Shown here piece by piece: positions 20,557 to 31,333 of a DNA stretch of 64,000 bases. The notes below the pieces were generated by a model. The model was not told the origin of the DNA, made no database searches, and saw only the letters and a program-made list of their open reading frames with translations. The position numbers and the translations under genes were made by a program. The DNA is taken from the NCBI GenBank assembly GCA_964644695.1, contig CAZXWN010000001.1, positions 492,869 to 556,868 of the forward strand, written 5' to 3'. Position 1 is the stretch's first letter. Every line of letters begins with the position of its first letter. The DNA comes from an uncultured bacterium (GTDB lineage: Bacteria > UBP4 > UBA4092).

Positions 20557-20937
20557 ATGAATCCGGAATCCTGTAAATTTGCAAAAACACATGAATGGGC
20601 CTTTATAGAGGGCAACATTGCTACGATTGGAATCAGTGACTTCGCTCAAAAAGAACTTAATGACATCGTCTTTGTTGAATTACCTGAAGTTGGCAAAGTG
20701 GTTGAGATGGGGAAAGAATTAGGTGTCTTAGAATCTGTTAAGACAGCATCAGATATATATTCCCCCCTTTCAGGGAAAGTCATTGAAGTTAATAGCGAAT
20801 TAGAAAACCATCCTGAGTGGGTCAATCAAGAACCACATGGTAATGGATGGATTGCAAAAATCCAGTTATCTGCTCCGGAAGAAATAGATAGTCTTTTATC
20901 TTACCAAGATTATCTGAATCAAACAGAATCCCATTAA
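20557..20937 (+). CDS. gcvH: Glycine cleavage system H protein
   Basis: HEW, GISDFAQ, ESVK lipoyl-lysine motif. Confidence 0.97.
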   Translation: MNPESCKFAKTHEWAFIEGNIATIGISDFAQKELNDIVFVELPEVGKVVEMGKELGVLESVKTASDIYSPLSGKVIEVNSELENHPEWVNQEPHGNGWIAKIQLSAPEEIDSLLSYQDYLNQTESH

Positions 20938-20948
20938 GTCCCCATATC

Positions 20949-22286
20949 ATGAGTTATATACCTTTTTCTTCAGATGAACAAAAAGAGATGCTTCAGTCCA
21001 TTGAAGTAGATTCTCTTGATCAATTATTCAGTGATATCCCAGGTGAAATAAAACTAAACAGGTTATTAAAAATTGCTCCGCCTCTGAGTGAGCTGGAATT
21101 GATTAATTATTTCAATGAACTGGGAAACAAAAACGAATCTGCACATAAACCCTGTTTTATCGGTGCAGGAAGTTACGACCATTATGTTCCCAGCGTAATT
21201 AATCATCTTATTATGCGGGGTGAATTTTTCACTGCCTATACTCCATATCAACCTGAAGCCAGCCAGGGAACATTACAGTACATCTTTGAATTTCAATCCA
21301 TGATTTGTGAGTTGACAGGTATGGCAGCAGCAAATGCATCAATGTATGATGGTGCCAGTGCCATGGCTGAAGCGGCGTTAATGTCTTGTCGTTCAACAGG
21401 ACGAGATAAAGTGTTAATTTCTCAAACGGTAAATCCTCAGTATCGGGAAGTTGTTAAAACATATCTTAACGCTGCCAATCTGATCTTGGAGGAAATTCCA
21501 CAAAGTCATGGAATAACCTGTGCAGAGTCTATGAAGAAAATGATGGACTCCAGTATTGCTGGTGTCATTGTTCAACAACCTAACTTCTTCGGTGTGATTG
21601 AAAATTACGATACATTCTCAACCACCATTCAAAATAATCAATCACTCTTCATTATGGCCACAAACCCTATTTCATTAGGGCGATTGAAAACGCCTTCAGA
21701 ATATAATGCAGATATTGTCGTTATGGAAGGACAGCCCCTTGGAAATGCCATTAGTTTTGGGGGGCCATATCTGGGAATATTAGCGTGCCGTGAAAATCAT
21801 ATTCGGAAAATGCCCGGCAGATTAGTGGGTATGGCTGAAGACCATAATGGAAATAAAGGATTTGTATTAACTTTACAAGCCCGGGAACAACATATCCGAA
21901 GACAAAAAGCAACATCCAATATCTGTTCTAATCAATCTCTCAATGCATTATGTGCCGTTCTCTATTTGAGCTTATTAGGAAAACAGGGCTTTGTTGACCT
22001 TTGGAACTTGAATTATCAGAAAGCTCATTATATGGCCAGTGAAATTGATAAACTCGAAAACTACAGCCTTGCTTTCTCTGATAAACCTTTCTTTAACGAA
22101 TTTTTAGTAAAAACAAAAAAACCGGTAGAGAAAGTAAGACTGGCATTGGAAAATGCGGGTCTGCTGGCGGGATATTCACCGGCAACGGATTATCAGGAAT
22201 ATGAGAACTGCCTGTTATTCTGTGTCACGGAAAAAAGAACAAAAAACGAAATTGATTTATTAGTAAAAACATTGGAGCAAGTATAA
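20949..22286 (+). CDS. gcvPA: Glycine dehydrogenase subunit A
   Basis: [42 protein letters not shown]. Confidence 0.97.
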   Translation: MSYIPFSSDEQKEMLQSIEVDSLDQLFSDIPGEIKLNRLLKIAPPLSELELINYFNELGNKNESAHKPCFIGAGSYDHYVPSVINHLIMRGEFFTAYTPYQPEASQGTLQYIFEFQSMICELTGMAAANASMYDGASAMAEAALMSCRSTGRDKVLISQTVNPQYREVVKTYLNAANLILEEIPQSHGITCAESMKKMMDSSIAGVIVQQPNFFGVIENYDTFSTTIQNNQSLFIMATNPISLGRLKTPSEYNADIVVMEGQPLGNAISFGGPYLGILACRENHIRKMPGRLVGMAEDHNGNKGFVLTLQAREQHIRRQKATSNICSNQSLNALCAVLYLSLLGKQGFVDLWNLNYQKAHYMASEIDKLENYSLAFSDKPFFNEFLVKTKKPVEKVRLALENAGLLAGYSPATDYQEYENCLLFCVTEKRTKNEIDLLVKTLEQV

Positions 22287-23734
22287 TGTCATGCCGAGTG
22301 ATTTTTGAAAAAAGCAGACAAGGTCATCAAGGGCATACTTTGCCGTTGTCGGATGTTCCCAGCCAGAAGATAACTCTTTCAGAAAACTATCTGCGCCAGG
22401 AGCCTGCCCATCTGCCTGAAGTATCCGAACCAGAGGTAGTTCGACATTATACAAAAATGTCTCAGCAAAATTTCTGCGTTGATACTCATTTATATCCCCT
22501 GGGGTCCTGCACCATGAAATATAACCCCAAAATCAATGAGGATATATCCAGGTTATCGGATTTTGCGGGACTGCATCCAATGGCGTCTCAAAATCAGGGT
22601 GCTTTACAGATCATCTGGGAACTTGAAAAATCACTTTGTGAAATTTTTGGTTTTGATGCATTTACATTACAGCCTGCGGCCGGTGCTCATGGGGAATTAA
22701 CAGCCTTAATGATGATAAAAGCCTGGCATCATGATAATAAACAATCCCATCGAAAACTAGTATTGGTTCCCACATCAGCCCATGGGACAAATCCTGCGAG
22801 TGCGGCCATGTGTGGATATGATGTTATGGAAATTGGCCCTGATTCTGAAGGGTTAGTTGATATTGAAGATTTGAAAAGCCATTTATCAGATCAAGTGGCT
22901 GCCCTGATGATTACTAATCCAAACACCTTGGGACTGTTCGAAAAACAAATCATGCAAATCACAGAATTGGTCCATCAAGCCGGGGGGCTTGTATATGGAG
23001 ATGGAGCTAACAATAATGCTATCCTGGGCAAAGTGCGACCCGGTGATTTAGGCATTGACATGATGCACGTCAATCTCCACAAGACATTTGCGACCCCACA
23101 CGGAGGGGGTGGACCTGGAAGCGGTCCCGTTGGCGTTAAAAAGCAATTTATACCTTTTCTACCACGCCCCGTGGTCATCCAAAAGGGTAATGAATTTGAA
23201 TTATTTAATGACTGTCCAAAATCGATTGGAAAAGTCAGAAGTTTTTATGGCAACTTCGGTATTTTCTTAAGAGCATTAGCCTATATTCGCGCATTGGGAC
23301 CGGAAGGGTTAAAGGAAGCCACTGAACAGGCTGTATTATCAGCAAACTATTTGAAAAATATTCTTAAGCCCTATTGGGAATTACCTTTCGACCGTAATTG
23401 TATGCATGAGTTTGTATTGTCTGGCGGTAAATTAGCGACTGAAACTGGAGTTAATACCTTGGATGTGGCCAAACGCTTATTAGATTATGGATTCCACGCT
23501 CCTACAGTCTATTTTCCACTCACCGTAAAAGAATGTCTCATGATTGAGCCGACAGAAACCGAGAGCAAAGAATCCCTCGATGCTTTTGCTGAAGCAATGA
23601 TTCGCATTTTTAAAGAAGCTCATGAAAATCCTGATTTAGTTAAAAATGCACCCCACACAACTCCCGTCAGCAGATTTGATGAAGTTAAAGCGGCACGGAA
23701 ACCCATATTGCATTATTGCCCACAATCAGAATAA
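22286..23734 (+). CDS. gcvPB: Glycine dehydrogenase subunit B
   Basis: [44 protein letters not shown]. Confidence 0.97.
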   Translation: MSCRVIFEKSRQGHQGHTLPLSDVPSQKITLSENYLRQEPAHLPEVSEPEVVRHYTKMSQQNFCVDTHLYPLGSCTMKYNPKINEDISRLSDFAGLHPMASQNQGALQIIWELEKSLCEIFGFDAFTLQPAAGAHGELTALMMIKAWHHDNKQSHRKLVLVPTSAHGTNPASAAMCGYDVMEIGPDSEGLVDIEDLKSHLSDQVAALMITNPNTLGLFEKQIMQITELVHQAGGLVYGDGANNNAILGKVRPGDLGIDMMHVNLHKTFATPHGGGGPGSGPVGVKKQFIPFLPRPVVIQKGNEFELFNDCPKSIGKVRSFYGNFGIFLRALAYIRALGPEGLKEATEQAVLSANYLKNILKPYWELPFDRNCMHEFVLSGGKLATETGVNTLDVAKRLLDYGFHAPTVYFPLTVKECLMIEPTETESKESLDAFAEAMIRIFKEAHENPDLVKNAPHTTPVSRFDEVKAARKPILHYCPQSE

Positions 23735-23742
23735 TATCTGTC

Positions 23743-24525
23743 ATGCCTCAATGGATTTACATACAAGATAACCCACTATCTCCCTGGTGCAATATGGCCA
23801 GGGATGAGGCTTTGATGGAATGGGTTCAACAGAATAATATTACAAGCCCGATTCTGCGACTGTATCAATGGGATAGAGCGACCATATCCATCGGAAGACA
23901 TCAGTATATTCATAAAGATATTCATCAGGAAATTTGCCACTCCAATAAAATAGCCATCGTTAGAAGACCTACGGGGGGCAGAGCTGTTTTTCATGATCGA
24001 GAATTGACCTATTCAGTTATCATTCCCCCCAACAATGAATTGGGTAATAAAAATATCCAGGAAACTTATAGGACTATTTCGGGTGCCATTCTGGCAGGTC
24101 TGAGAAATTATGGATTACCCGTTACCGCAGAACCAACCAATAAGGCAAATCGAGAATATATTAAAAATTTGTCTTGTTTTGCCTCAACAACTCAATATGA
24201 AATAACATTGAATGGACAAAAAGTAGTTGGATCCGCTCAATGGAGAAATAAAGGAACAGTACTCCAACAGGGAAGCATTTTATTAAGTAAAACAATGGAC
24301 CCTACTCCCTGTTTTCCTGCACAAGGCTTTCTTCAATCAGGGATTGAAGAATTGATAGATAACCATATTGATATCAATATTCTATACAACTCTATCCAAC
24401 ATGGTTTTTCATCCACTTTCGGTGTTGAAATGAGCCCATGGCAGGAAGACCCAGTCTTTGCCCAAAAGGCTAACCACTTGATGCTCAACAAATACCAAAC
24501 ATCAGATTGGCTCAATCTTTATTGA
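23743..24525 (+). CDS. Lipoate--protein ligase / octanoyltransferase (LipM/LplA family)
   Basis: NMARDEAL, LRLYQW, VRRPTGGRAV.HD.ELTYS, KVVGSAQ; directly after the gcv genes. Confidence 0.9.
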   Translation: MPQWIYIQDNPLSPWCNMARDEALMEWVQQNNITSPILRLYQWDRATISIGRHQYIHKDIHQEICHSNKIAIVRRPTGGRAVFHDRELTYSVIIPPNNELGNKNIQETYRTISGAILAGLRNYGLPVTAEPTNKANREYIKNLSCFASTTQYEITLNGQKVVGSAQWRNKGTVLQQGSILLSKTMDPTPCFPAQGFLQSGIEELIDNHIDINILYNSIQHGFSSTFGVEMSPWQEDPVFAQKANHLMLNKYQTSDWLNLY

Positions 24526-24553
24526 TTTCATCCCCAAAAGTTATACGACCTAC

Positions 24554-24581
24554 CATCGAACGAGATCGATCTTGTTCGATG
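24554..24581. repeat. Dispersed 28-bp palindrome, copy 2
   Basis: CATCGAACGAGATCGATCTTGTTCGATG, one mismatch to copy 1. Confidence 0.95.
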
Positions 24582-24609
24582 TAACTACACTGATTATCTA
24601 AGATTTCTA

Positions 24610-24665
24610 TTGACTATCAAGTAGATTTACTTTACACTATAATTGTTAAGGGTAATTACTTGACA
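24610..24665 (+). promoter_or_regulatory. Sigma70-type promoter of ylxM-ffh with two operator-like inverted repeats
   Basis: TTGACT(24610)-17 bp-TACACT(24633); TATCAAG-N8-CTTTACA (24615-24636) and TGTTAAG-N8-CTTGACA (24644-24665). Confidence 0.6.
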
Positions 24666-24688
24666 GCTTAATCAAGAAACCGGACACA

Positions 24689-25096
24689 ATGCCAATTAAT
24701 AACACCCAACGATTATCAGATTTGGATCGAATCAGCAGACTCTACGATTTTTATGGTCCTCTTCTGCCCGAAAAACAACGACGTGCTATTGAATTGCATT
24801 ATTTGGAAGACTTGTCGTTTTCTGAAATTGCTGCCGAAGAAAAGATTAGCCGGCAGGCTGTTTATGACGCATTAAGACATGGTTTATCAGCCCTTAATGA
24901 ATATGAAACAAAATTAGGACTCGTACAAAAGCTCGACAAATTAACAACGGATTATCATCAAACATTGAATTCCATCTTGGGTATGGTAAATCAAGTTAAT
25001 CCAAATGAAATCAATGAAAAACTAATAAGTGATTTGAAAGCTAATTTAAAAAAAGCGATGGAAGATATTAATCCATCTGAATTGCCTTATGTTTGA
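24689..25096 (+). CDS. ylxM: YlxM family (UPF0122) HTH protein
   Basis: LYDFYGPLL..KQ......Y.EDLS.SEIA....ISRQAVYD; directly upstream of ffh. Confidence 0.92.
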   Translation: MPINNTQRLSDLDRISRLYDFYGPLLPEKQRRAIELHYLEDLSFSEIAAEEKISRQAVYDALRHGLSALNEYETKLGLVQKLDKLTTDYHQTLNSILGMVNQVNPNEINEKLISDLKANLKKAMEDINPSELPYV

Positions 25097-26426
25097 AACC
25101 CTTACTCAAAAGCTTGATGCCGTATTCGAGAAACTTCGCAATAAAGGCGTATTAACTGAACAAAACATAACAGATTCTCTCCGGGAAGTTCGTTTAGCCC
25201 TTCTCGAAGCAGATGTAAATTTTAAGGTTGTTAAAGACTTTATTGAACGAGTTCGTGTGAAAGCTGTCGGGCAGGAAGTTTTGAAAAGCCTGACACCCAG
25301 TCAGCAAGTCGTCAAAGTTGTCCATGATGAGCTAGTGTTACTTCTTTCAGGCGATGGACAAGTCACTCTTCCCCTCTTACCTCAAAGAGATGTTCTAAAT
25401 ATCTGGTTAATGTCTGGTCTTCAAGGTTCGGGTAAAACCACCGCTGCAGCGAAGATTGCAGGCCTTCTTAAAAAACAAAACTATCGGCCTATGCTGGTGG
25501 CGGGGGATATTTATCGCCCTGCCGCCATTGACCAATTAAAGATGCTCGGTGAAAAACTGGATATCCCTGTTTTTAGCTTGGGAAATCAGGTTTCACCTGT
25601 TGAAATCAGCAGACAAGCAGTTGAAACGGCTGATAGAGAAAACATCAATCTGCTAATTATTGATACAGCCGGTAGACTTCATATTGACCAAGAATTAATG
25701 AAGGAACTGGAAGATATAAAATCCACCGTCAAACCCCACGAAGTCTTTTTTGTTTGCGATGCGATGATTGGGCAGGATGCAGTCAATGTGGCGCAGCAGT
25801 TTCATACCAGCGTCGGGACAACCGGTTTAATTTTAACTAAACTGGATGGCGATGCCCGGGGCGGAGCGATTCTTTCCATCCGGTCCGTAACTGGCCAACC
25901 TGTACGTTTTGTCGGTGTGGGTGAAAAACTTGAAGATATAGAGTTTTTTAATGCTGACCGGATGGCAGGACGAATCTTGGGAATGGGTGATGTTATTGGA
26001 CTGGTGGAAAAAGTTCAATCCGCAATATCACTGGAACAGGCTGAAGACATGCAGAAAAAAATGCAGTCACAGTCTTTCACCCTGGAAGATTTTCGCAGTC
26101 AACTAAAAGCTATCAAAAATATGGGACCCCTGGGTTCTGTTATGAAAATGATTCCGGGATTAAATAAGGCACTGCCCGAAGATGCTCTGGAAGGTTCTGA
26201 TGCTCACATGCAACGATTTGAAGCCATCATAAACTCCATGACAGCCAAAGAACGGCTTCAACCGGAAATCATTAACGCCAGTCGCAGACAGCGGATAGCA
26301 CGTGGAAGCGGTACCTCTGTTCAAGAAGTAAATCAGTTACTGAAGCAGTTTACCCAACTGCAAAAAATGATGAAAATGTTCCAAAAACAAACCAAGAAAA
26401 AACGCTTCGCGCGTCATTTTCGATAA
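25089..26426 (+). CDS. ffh: Signal recognition particle protein
   Basis: [40 protein letters not shown]-domain [11 protein letters not shown]. Confidence 0.98.
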   Translation: MFETLTQKLDAVFEKLRNKGVLTEQNITDSLREVRLALLEADVNFKVVKDFIERVRVKAVGQEVLKSLTPSQQVVKVVHDELVLLLSGDGQVTLPLLPQRDVLNIWLMSGLQGSGKTTAAAKIAGLLKKQNYRPMLVAGDIYRPAAIDQLKMLGEKLDIPVFSLGNQVSPVEISRQAVETADRENINLLIIDTAGRLHIDQELMKELEDIKSTVKPHEVFFVCDAMIGQDAVNVAQQFHTSVGTTGLILTKLDGDARGGAILSIRSVTGQPVRFVGVGEKLEDIEFFNADRMAGRILGMGDVIGLVEKVQSAISLEQAEDMQKKMQSQSFTLEDFRSQLKAIKNMGPLGSVMKMIPGLNKALPEDALEGSDAHMQRFEAIINSMTAKERLQPEIINASRRQRIARGSGTSVQEVNQLLKQFTQLQKMMKMFQKQTKKKRFARHFR

Positions 26427-26456
26427 ACAACAAAACTAGAAAGGAGTGATTCTTCA

Positions 26457-26729
26457 ATGGCAGTAAAAATCAGATTACGCCGCATGGGCCGCAAGAAATT
26501 ACCCACCTACCGTGTTGTGGTGGCAGATATCCGTTCGCCCCGTGATGGTCGTTTTATTGAGATTGTAGGTACTTATGATCCAGTCGCGAATCCAGCCGTC
26601 ATCAAAATTGACTTGGAAAAAGTTAAAGAATGGATCAAAAAGGGCGCAAAACCGACAGATACCGTTCGTGACCTGTTACGCAAAGCTGAACAGGCTGCGG
26701 CCGCTTCGAATAACGAGGCATCTGTCTAA
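26457..26729 (+). CDS. rpsP: 30S ribosomal protein S16
   Basis: [28 protein letters not shown]. Confidence 0.98.
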   Translation: MAVKIRLRRMGRKKLPTYRVVVADIRSPRDGRFIEIVGTYDPVANPAVIKIDLEKVKEWIKKGAKPTDTVRDLLRKAEQAAAASNNEASV

Positions 26730-26805
26730 ATATAATGCTCTAATGCCGATGGCTGAACTTTTTAAAGTATTAGAAAGTGTCTAGCCCACAGGAGATTAGT
26801 AAAAC

Positions 26806-27075
26806 ATGGAACCTGAATTGAAAAACCTGGTGGAGTTCATTGCAAAGTCACTCGTTGATCAACCTGACGAGGTGTCTGTTACTGAATTAGAAGGTGAACA
26901 GACCACCATCTATCAATTAAAAGTCGCGCAAAACGACATCGGCAAGATTATAGGCAAACAAGGACGTACAGCTCGTGCTATTCGGAACATTCTGTCAGCA
27001 TCTGCCATGAAATATCATAAGCGGGCTCTGTTGGATGTTCTTGAAACCGATGATTCTCCAGATTACAAAGACTAG
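26806..27075 (+). CDS. khpA: KH-domain RNA-binding protein KhpA
   Basis: [25 protein letters not shown]. Confidence 0.93.
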   Translation: MEPELKNLVEFIAKSLVDQPDEVSVTELEGEQTTIYQLKVAQNDIGKIIGKQGRTARAIRNILSASAMKYHKRALLDVLETDDSPDYKD

Positions 27076-27077
27076 CT

Positions 27078-27845
27078 ATGCAAATTGATGTATTGACTCT
27101 CTTCCCGGGAATTTTTACAAGTCCTTTACAGGAGAGTTTATTAAAAAAAGCGATTGATAAAGGATTGGTGACCATTGATATTCACGATATCCGATCCTGG
27201 TGTCACGATAAACACAAGACCGCAGATGATACACCTTACGGTGGTGGTCCTGGAATGGTTATGAAAGCAGAACCTCTGTTTGCAGCCATTGAGTATATAA
27301 AATCGCTACGAACATCAACCAAGGTGATTTATTTGTCACCTAAAGGCAAAGTCTTAAATCAGAAATTGGCCAAGGAACTGGCTCTTTGTCCATCCCTGAC
27401 CCTTCTTTGTGGAAGATATGAAGGAATAGATGAAAGAGTTCGGGAAACCTTGTTAGATGATGAGATTTCCATTGGAGATTATGTACTTAATGGTGGTGAA
27501 TTACCTGCTCTTGTGTTGATTGAAACAGTAACCCGATTAATTCCGGGTGTTGTTGGAGATCAGGATTCCATTGTTCAGGATTCATTTTATGAGGAGAATT
27601 TATTAGATTGTCCTCATTACACCAAACCTCTTGAATTTAGAGGTATGAAAGTACCCGATGTCTTGCTTAGCGGACATCATGCCAAGATCGAAGAATGGCG
27701 ACGAAAAATGTCCTTGTTACATACGCGCCTGCAGCGCCCGGAACTGATTGACTTAAACCGCATGTCCCGAAAAGACAGGGAACTATTGCGAGAAGATGAA
27801 ATCACTTTAAAACCAAAAACAAAAGCTGAAACAAATGAGTGCTGA
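27078..27845 (+). CDS. trmD: tRNA (guanine37-N1)-methyltransferase
   Basis: TLFP, DDTPYGGGPGMVM, CGRYEGIDER, SIGDYVL.GGE, SGHH. Confidence 0.98.
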   Translation: MQIDVLTLFPGIFTSPLQESLLKKAIDKGLVTIDIHDIRSWCHDKHKTADDTPYGGGPGMVMKAEPLFAAIEYIKSLRTSTKVIYLSPKGKVLNQKLAKELALCPSLTLLCGRYEGIDERVRETLLDDEISIGDYVLNGGELPALVLIETVTRLIPGVVGDQDSIVQDSFYEENLLDCPHYTKPLEFRGMKVPDVLLSGHHAKIEEWRRKMSLLHTRLQRPELIDLNRMSRKDRELLREDEITLKPKTKAETNEC

Positions 27846-28416
27846 ACCGTTTAAAAAACTTTATCTGGGTCTGGTTCATTATCCAATTACCAGTAAATAC
27901 GGAACAACCATCACCACCGCCGTCACAAATCTGGATATCCATGATATTGCCAGAACGTGTACGACTTACGGTGTAAAACGTTATTTTGTAATTAATCCAT
28001 TGGATTCCCAAATAATGTTAACAGAACGAATATTAGAATATTGGCGGGGGACATCGCCTGCAAAGAGGGTTCCCGACCGTCATAATGCACTTCAAGTTGT
28101 TGAAATAAAAGCAAGCATTGAAAAAGCTCTTGAGCGAATCAATGAACTTGAAGGACAAGACCCTATTGTCGTAGCAACAAGTGCTAGAGAGAGTTCATCG
28201 CGAATTAGTTTTTCTGACTTTGGAAAAGTGCTTGAATCAGGCAATCAGCCTGTTTTACTTCTATTTGGAACAGGTTACGGGTTAGCTGATGAAATAATGA
28301 ATAACGCAGACTATGTCCTGGATCCTATAAAAGGACGGGGAGATTATAACCATCTCTCTGTTCGATCAGCAGTTGCTATAATATTGGACCGCCTATTAGG
28401 TCAACAGGACCTCTAG
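27835..28416 (+). CDS. SPOUT-class RNA methyltransferase (DUF2168/TM1570-like)
   Basis: LVHYP, AVTNLDIHDIAR, LFGTG.GL, YNHLSVRSA.AIILDRL. Confidence 0.88.
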   Translation: MSAEPFKKLYLGLVHYPITSKYGTTITTAVTNLDIHDIARTCTTYGVKRYFVINPLDSQIMLTERILEYWRGTSPAKRVPDRHNALQVVEIKASIEKALERINELEGQDPIVVATSARESSSRISFSDFGKVLESGNQPVLLLFGTGYGLADEIMNNADYVLDPIKGRGDYNHLSVRSAVAIILDRLLGQQDL

Positions 28417-28449
28417 CAGTCTTACAAACAAATTGGAGGAGTTTGTAAA

Positions 28450-28860
28450 ATGAACCCCATTATTAAGGAATTGGAAAAACAGTTCCTCAAAAAAGACATT
28501 CCGGAATTTAGACCGGGTGACACAGTTCGATTGTCATTGTTAGTTAAAGAAGGCGATAAAGAACGTATTCAGAACTATGAAGGTGTTGTTATTGCCCGTA
28601 AAAACGGTGGAATCCGTGAAACCTTTACAGTTCGTCGGATTTCCTATGGTGTTGGTGTTGAACGTACCTTTTTAATTCATTCACCCATCATTCAGAAACT
28701 TGCGGTATTACGTCGTGGTCGCGTCCGTCGCGCCAAACTGTTCTACTTACGAGATCTGAACGAGAAAAAAGCTCGTATCAAAGAACTTGTTGACTATGAT
28801 AAGCTCGGAGCTAAGCATGCTAAAAAATCCGCTCCAGCAGAAAAAACTAACAACAAGTAA
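28450..28860 (+). CDS. rplS: 50S ribosomal protein L19
   Basis: [41 protein letters not shown]. Confidence 0.98.
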   Translation: MNPIIKELEKQFLKKDIPEFRPGDTVRLSLLVKEGDKERIQNYEGVVIARKNGGIRETFTVRRISYGVGVERTFLIHSPIIQKLAVLRRGRVRRAKLFYLRDLNEKKARIKELVDYDKLGAKHAKKSAPAEKTNNK

Positions 28861-29470
28861 CCTACTCGATTTTGATACAAACTTTAGAAATGCTGGTTAT
28901 CTTCAGATAGCAGGCATTGATGAAGCGGGTAGAGGTCCTTTAGCCGGACCAGTTGTGGCTGCTGCTGTGATTCTTCCTCCGGGATGGTTCTTTGATGGAA
29001 TTAATGATTCAAAGAAACTTACTGAGAGTCAAAGAGACTGTTGTTATGAACAAATAGTTTCAAATGCATTAGCGTGGAGTTTTGGCACAGCCAATCATGA
29101 GATCATTGACAATATAAACATTCTGAAAGCTACTTACCTGGCTGTTCAGGAAGCCATAAATGGATTAGCAATAAAACCTGATTATTTATTGCTGGATGCA
29201 TTAAAACTTACTGATTGTAAAATCCCACAACATAGTTTGATTAAGGGAGATGCAACCAGCTTAAGTATTGCATCAGCATCAATTATCGCAAAGGTAACTC
29301 GAGATCGTATGATGGTAAATTACGATAAAGAATATCCTGGATATGGATTTGCTAAACATAAAGGATATGGGACTAAGGCACATTATGAAGCTTTAGATAA
29401 AATGGGTCCCTGTCCTATCCATCGGAATTCCTTTTTGAAAACATGGCAAAACAATGTGGAACTTTTTTAA
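28817..29470 (+). CDS. rnhB: Ribonuclease HII
   Basis: [39 protein letters not shown]; start inferred at ATG 28817 (GGAG upstream), overlapping rplS. Confidence 0.95.
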   Translation: MLKNPLQQKKLTTSNLLDFDTNFRNAGYLQIAGIDEAGRGPLAGPVVAAAVILPPGWFFDGINDSKKLTESQRDCCYEQIVSNALAWSFGTANHEIIDNINILKATYLAVQEAINGLAIKPDYLLLDALKLTDCKIPQHSLIKGDATSLSIASASIIAKVTRDRMMVNYDKEYPGYGFAKHKGYGTKAHYEALDKMGPCPIHRNSFLKTWQNNVELF

Positions 29471-29858
29471 AAAGTGTTTTGGACAAGACATAAAATTGTC
29501 CAAACAGGAAATCGGTCAAATAGGAGAATCCTATTGCACTGATTATTTAAAAGATAAGCATTATTTTATTATTTGCCGAAATTTTCGAAACAAGTTAGGT
29601 GAAGTAGACATCATTGCTCAGACAGATAAAGTTCTTGTTTTCATCGAAGTAAAAACGAGAGAACAAAATCTGTTACATGGTCGACCTGCTGAAGCTGTTA
29701 CTCATCATAAACAGTTAAAAATCAGGCAAATAGCTGAATCATATATTCAGAAAAACCCGAAAAACACATGGGAACGCTATCGGTTTGATGTAATGGAGGT
29801 AATCACCGATCAGAATGGTAATTTGTTAGAAATAAATCATTTAGAAAATGCTTTTTAA
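29454..29858 (+). CDS. yraN: YraN family (UPF0102) nuclease-like protein
   Basis: G..GE, RNFR...GEVDII, FIEVKTR, RFDV, H.ENAF. Confidence 0.92.
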   Translation: MWNFFKKCFGQDIKLSKQEIGQIGESYCTDYLKDKHYFIICRNFRNKLGEVDIIAQTDKVLVFIEVKTREQNLLHGRPAEAVTHHKQLKIRQIAESYIQKNPKNTWERYRFDVMEVITDQNGNLLEINHLENAF

Positions 29859-29893
29859 AACAATTGTATAAACCCCTAAAGGAGGTGTACACC

Positions 29894-30169
29894 ATGGCCG
29901 TTCGTCATAAATCTGCCATGAAACAACTTCGTTCCAGTAAAAAACGGAATCTGCATAATACGGCTGTTAAATCCCGTTTAAAAACACTGGTTAAGAAGGT
30001 GAATCTGGCCATTGATGCTAAAGATCAGGCTCAAATTCAGGAAGCCATGAAGGTGGCCGTTTCTGAGTTGCAGCGTTTTGCTGATCGGAATGTCATTCAC
30101 AAGAATGCCGCATCCCGAAAAATTTCACGTCTGATGCTAAAAGCCAATAAAGCTTTAGCCCAATCCTAA
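29894..30169 (+). CDS. rpsT: 30S ribosomal protein S20
   Basis: KSA.K..R.S..R...N...KSRLKT, IHKN.ASRKISRL; AAGGAGGTG RBS. Confidence 0.95.
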   Translation: MAVRHKSAMKQLRSSKKRNLHNTAVKSRLKTLVKKVNLAIDAKDQAQIQEAMKVAVSELQRFADRNVIHKNAASRKISRLMLKANKALAQS

Positions 30170-30183
30170 TTGGCCCTTGTATC

Positions 30184-30720
30184 ATGACTCCTAATCTAAA
30201 AGTCATGTTGTTAATATTAACGGCAGGAGCAGGTCTGTTTCTCTCTACAGCTTGGGGAGATATTTTCTCCCCTTTGCAATCAGCAGGCCTGCCCTCCCGT
30301 AATTCTCCATCTGTAAAAATTAATCAACTAAACTTAAAAGAATATAAAAGTAATCGTCTTGTCAACCAAGTATATTGCGATGAAGCTTCCTGGGTAAAAG
30401 AAAAGGACACAATCGTCTTAAAAAAATTCCAGGCAAATGGGAACCACCCAGTACGAGGAAAAGAAACCCTATCAGCCCAAGAAGGTCAATATTCGCAGAC
30501 AAGGAAAATAGCAGAAGCACAAGGTGGGGTTGTATTTAATACTGGAAGTAATATACTTAAATGTAATAGCTTGGTTTGGAATTTAAATGATAAAACAATC
30601 AGCGTACGGGGTTCTTTTCAATTCAGCAATCAAATGCAATCTTTATCAGCTTATGATTTAGAAGCCAAAGAGGACATGTCTGAAATTAACATGAAAAACA
30701 TAGAGGCATCCGGAAAATGA
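30184..30720 (+). CDS. LptC-like periplasmic beta-jellyroll protein
   Basis: N-terminal membrane anchor then LSA.EG.Y, A.GGVV, L.CNSL.WN pattern; adjacent to LptA-like gene. Confidence 0.6.
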   Translation: MTPNLKVMLLILTAGAGLFLSTAWGDIFSPLQSAGLPSRNSPSVKINQLNLKEYKSNRLVNQVYCDEASWVKEKDTIVLKKFQANGNHPVRGKETLSAQEGQYSQTRKIAEAQGGVVFNTGSNILKCNSLVWNLNDKTISVRGSFQFSNQMQSLSAYDLEAKEDMSEINMKNIEASGK

Positions 30721-31298
30721 ACAAAATAATATTTACCCTTATCGCATTCATAATAACTATACAATTATTCTCAATATCTTCTGCCCAAACAAAGACAAAA
30801 TCATCTTCCCCCAGTTTTTTAGGACAAGCTACTGGTACAAATAATACGCAGCCCTTTCACCTGCGACATGCAGATCAGGCAAAATGGGTCAAATTAAAAA
30901 ACAATTCAGATATGGCCGTCATGTGGGGCAATGTTGAAATATACCTGCCCAAAGAACAAGTAACATTGTCTGCAGACTCTGTACAATATAAATCAAATCC
31001 GCGTTTTTATTCGGCTTATGGCCGGGTTAAAATAACAAAAGTAGACCCTAAGGAAGGGACCGTTATTACAACTTCCAGGAAAGCTACTTATGAACCCTCT
31101 AAAAGTAAAATCATCTTAGAAGGGACACCGAAAGTCGTTCGCGATAAAGATGAAGTGACTGGTGATGTAATGACAGTAATATTCAATAATGCTGGAACGG
31201 TTATTGAAGGAACTAATGTAAAAGGTATACTATTCCCAAGAAATGAAAGTGTTATAGAAACTCAATCCAACGATACAACTATAATTCAAATTGATTAG
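30717..31298 (+). CDS. LptA/OstA-like protein
   Basis: Signal peptide; GNVEI, LSAD.V, AYGRVKI, KATY, ILEG.P.V, VTGD.MTV. Confidence 0.7.
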   Translation: MNKIIFTLIAFIITIQLFSISSAQTKTKSSSPSFLGQATGTNNTQPFHLRHADQAKWVKLKNNSDMAVMWGNVEIYLPKEQVTLSADSVQYKSNPRFYSAYGRVKITKVDPKEGTVITTSRKATYEPSKSKIILEGTPKVVRDKDEVTGDVMTVIFNNAGTVIEGTNVKGILFPRNESVIETQSNDTTIIQID

Positions 31299-31333
31299 AC
31301 TAAATTGAAGCAAGTTATGCTACCCTAATACCT

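Noticed and set aside
19497-24525. Glycine riboswitch, or the missing lpd, as an anomaly of the gcv cluster
   Set aside because: gcvT overlaps the rpe stop so there is no leader, and the L protein is commonly encoded elsewhere
26739-26776. Weak stem (CTAATGC...GTATTAG) between rpsP and khpA as a regulatory RNA
   Set aside because: Short stem with a large loop; cannot be supported without covariation data
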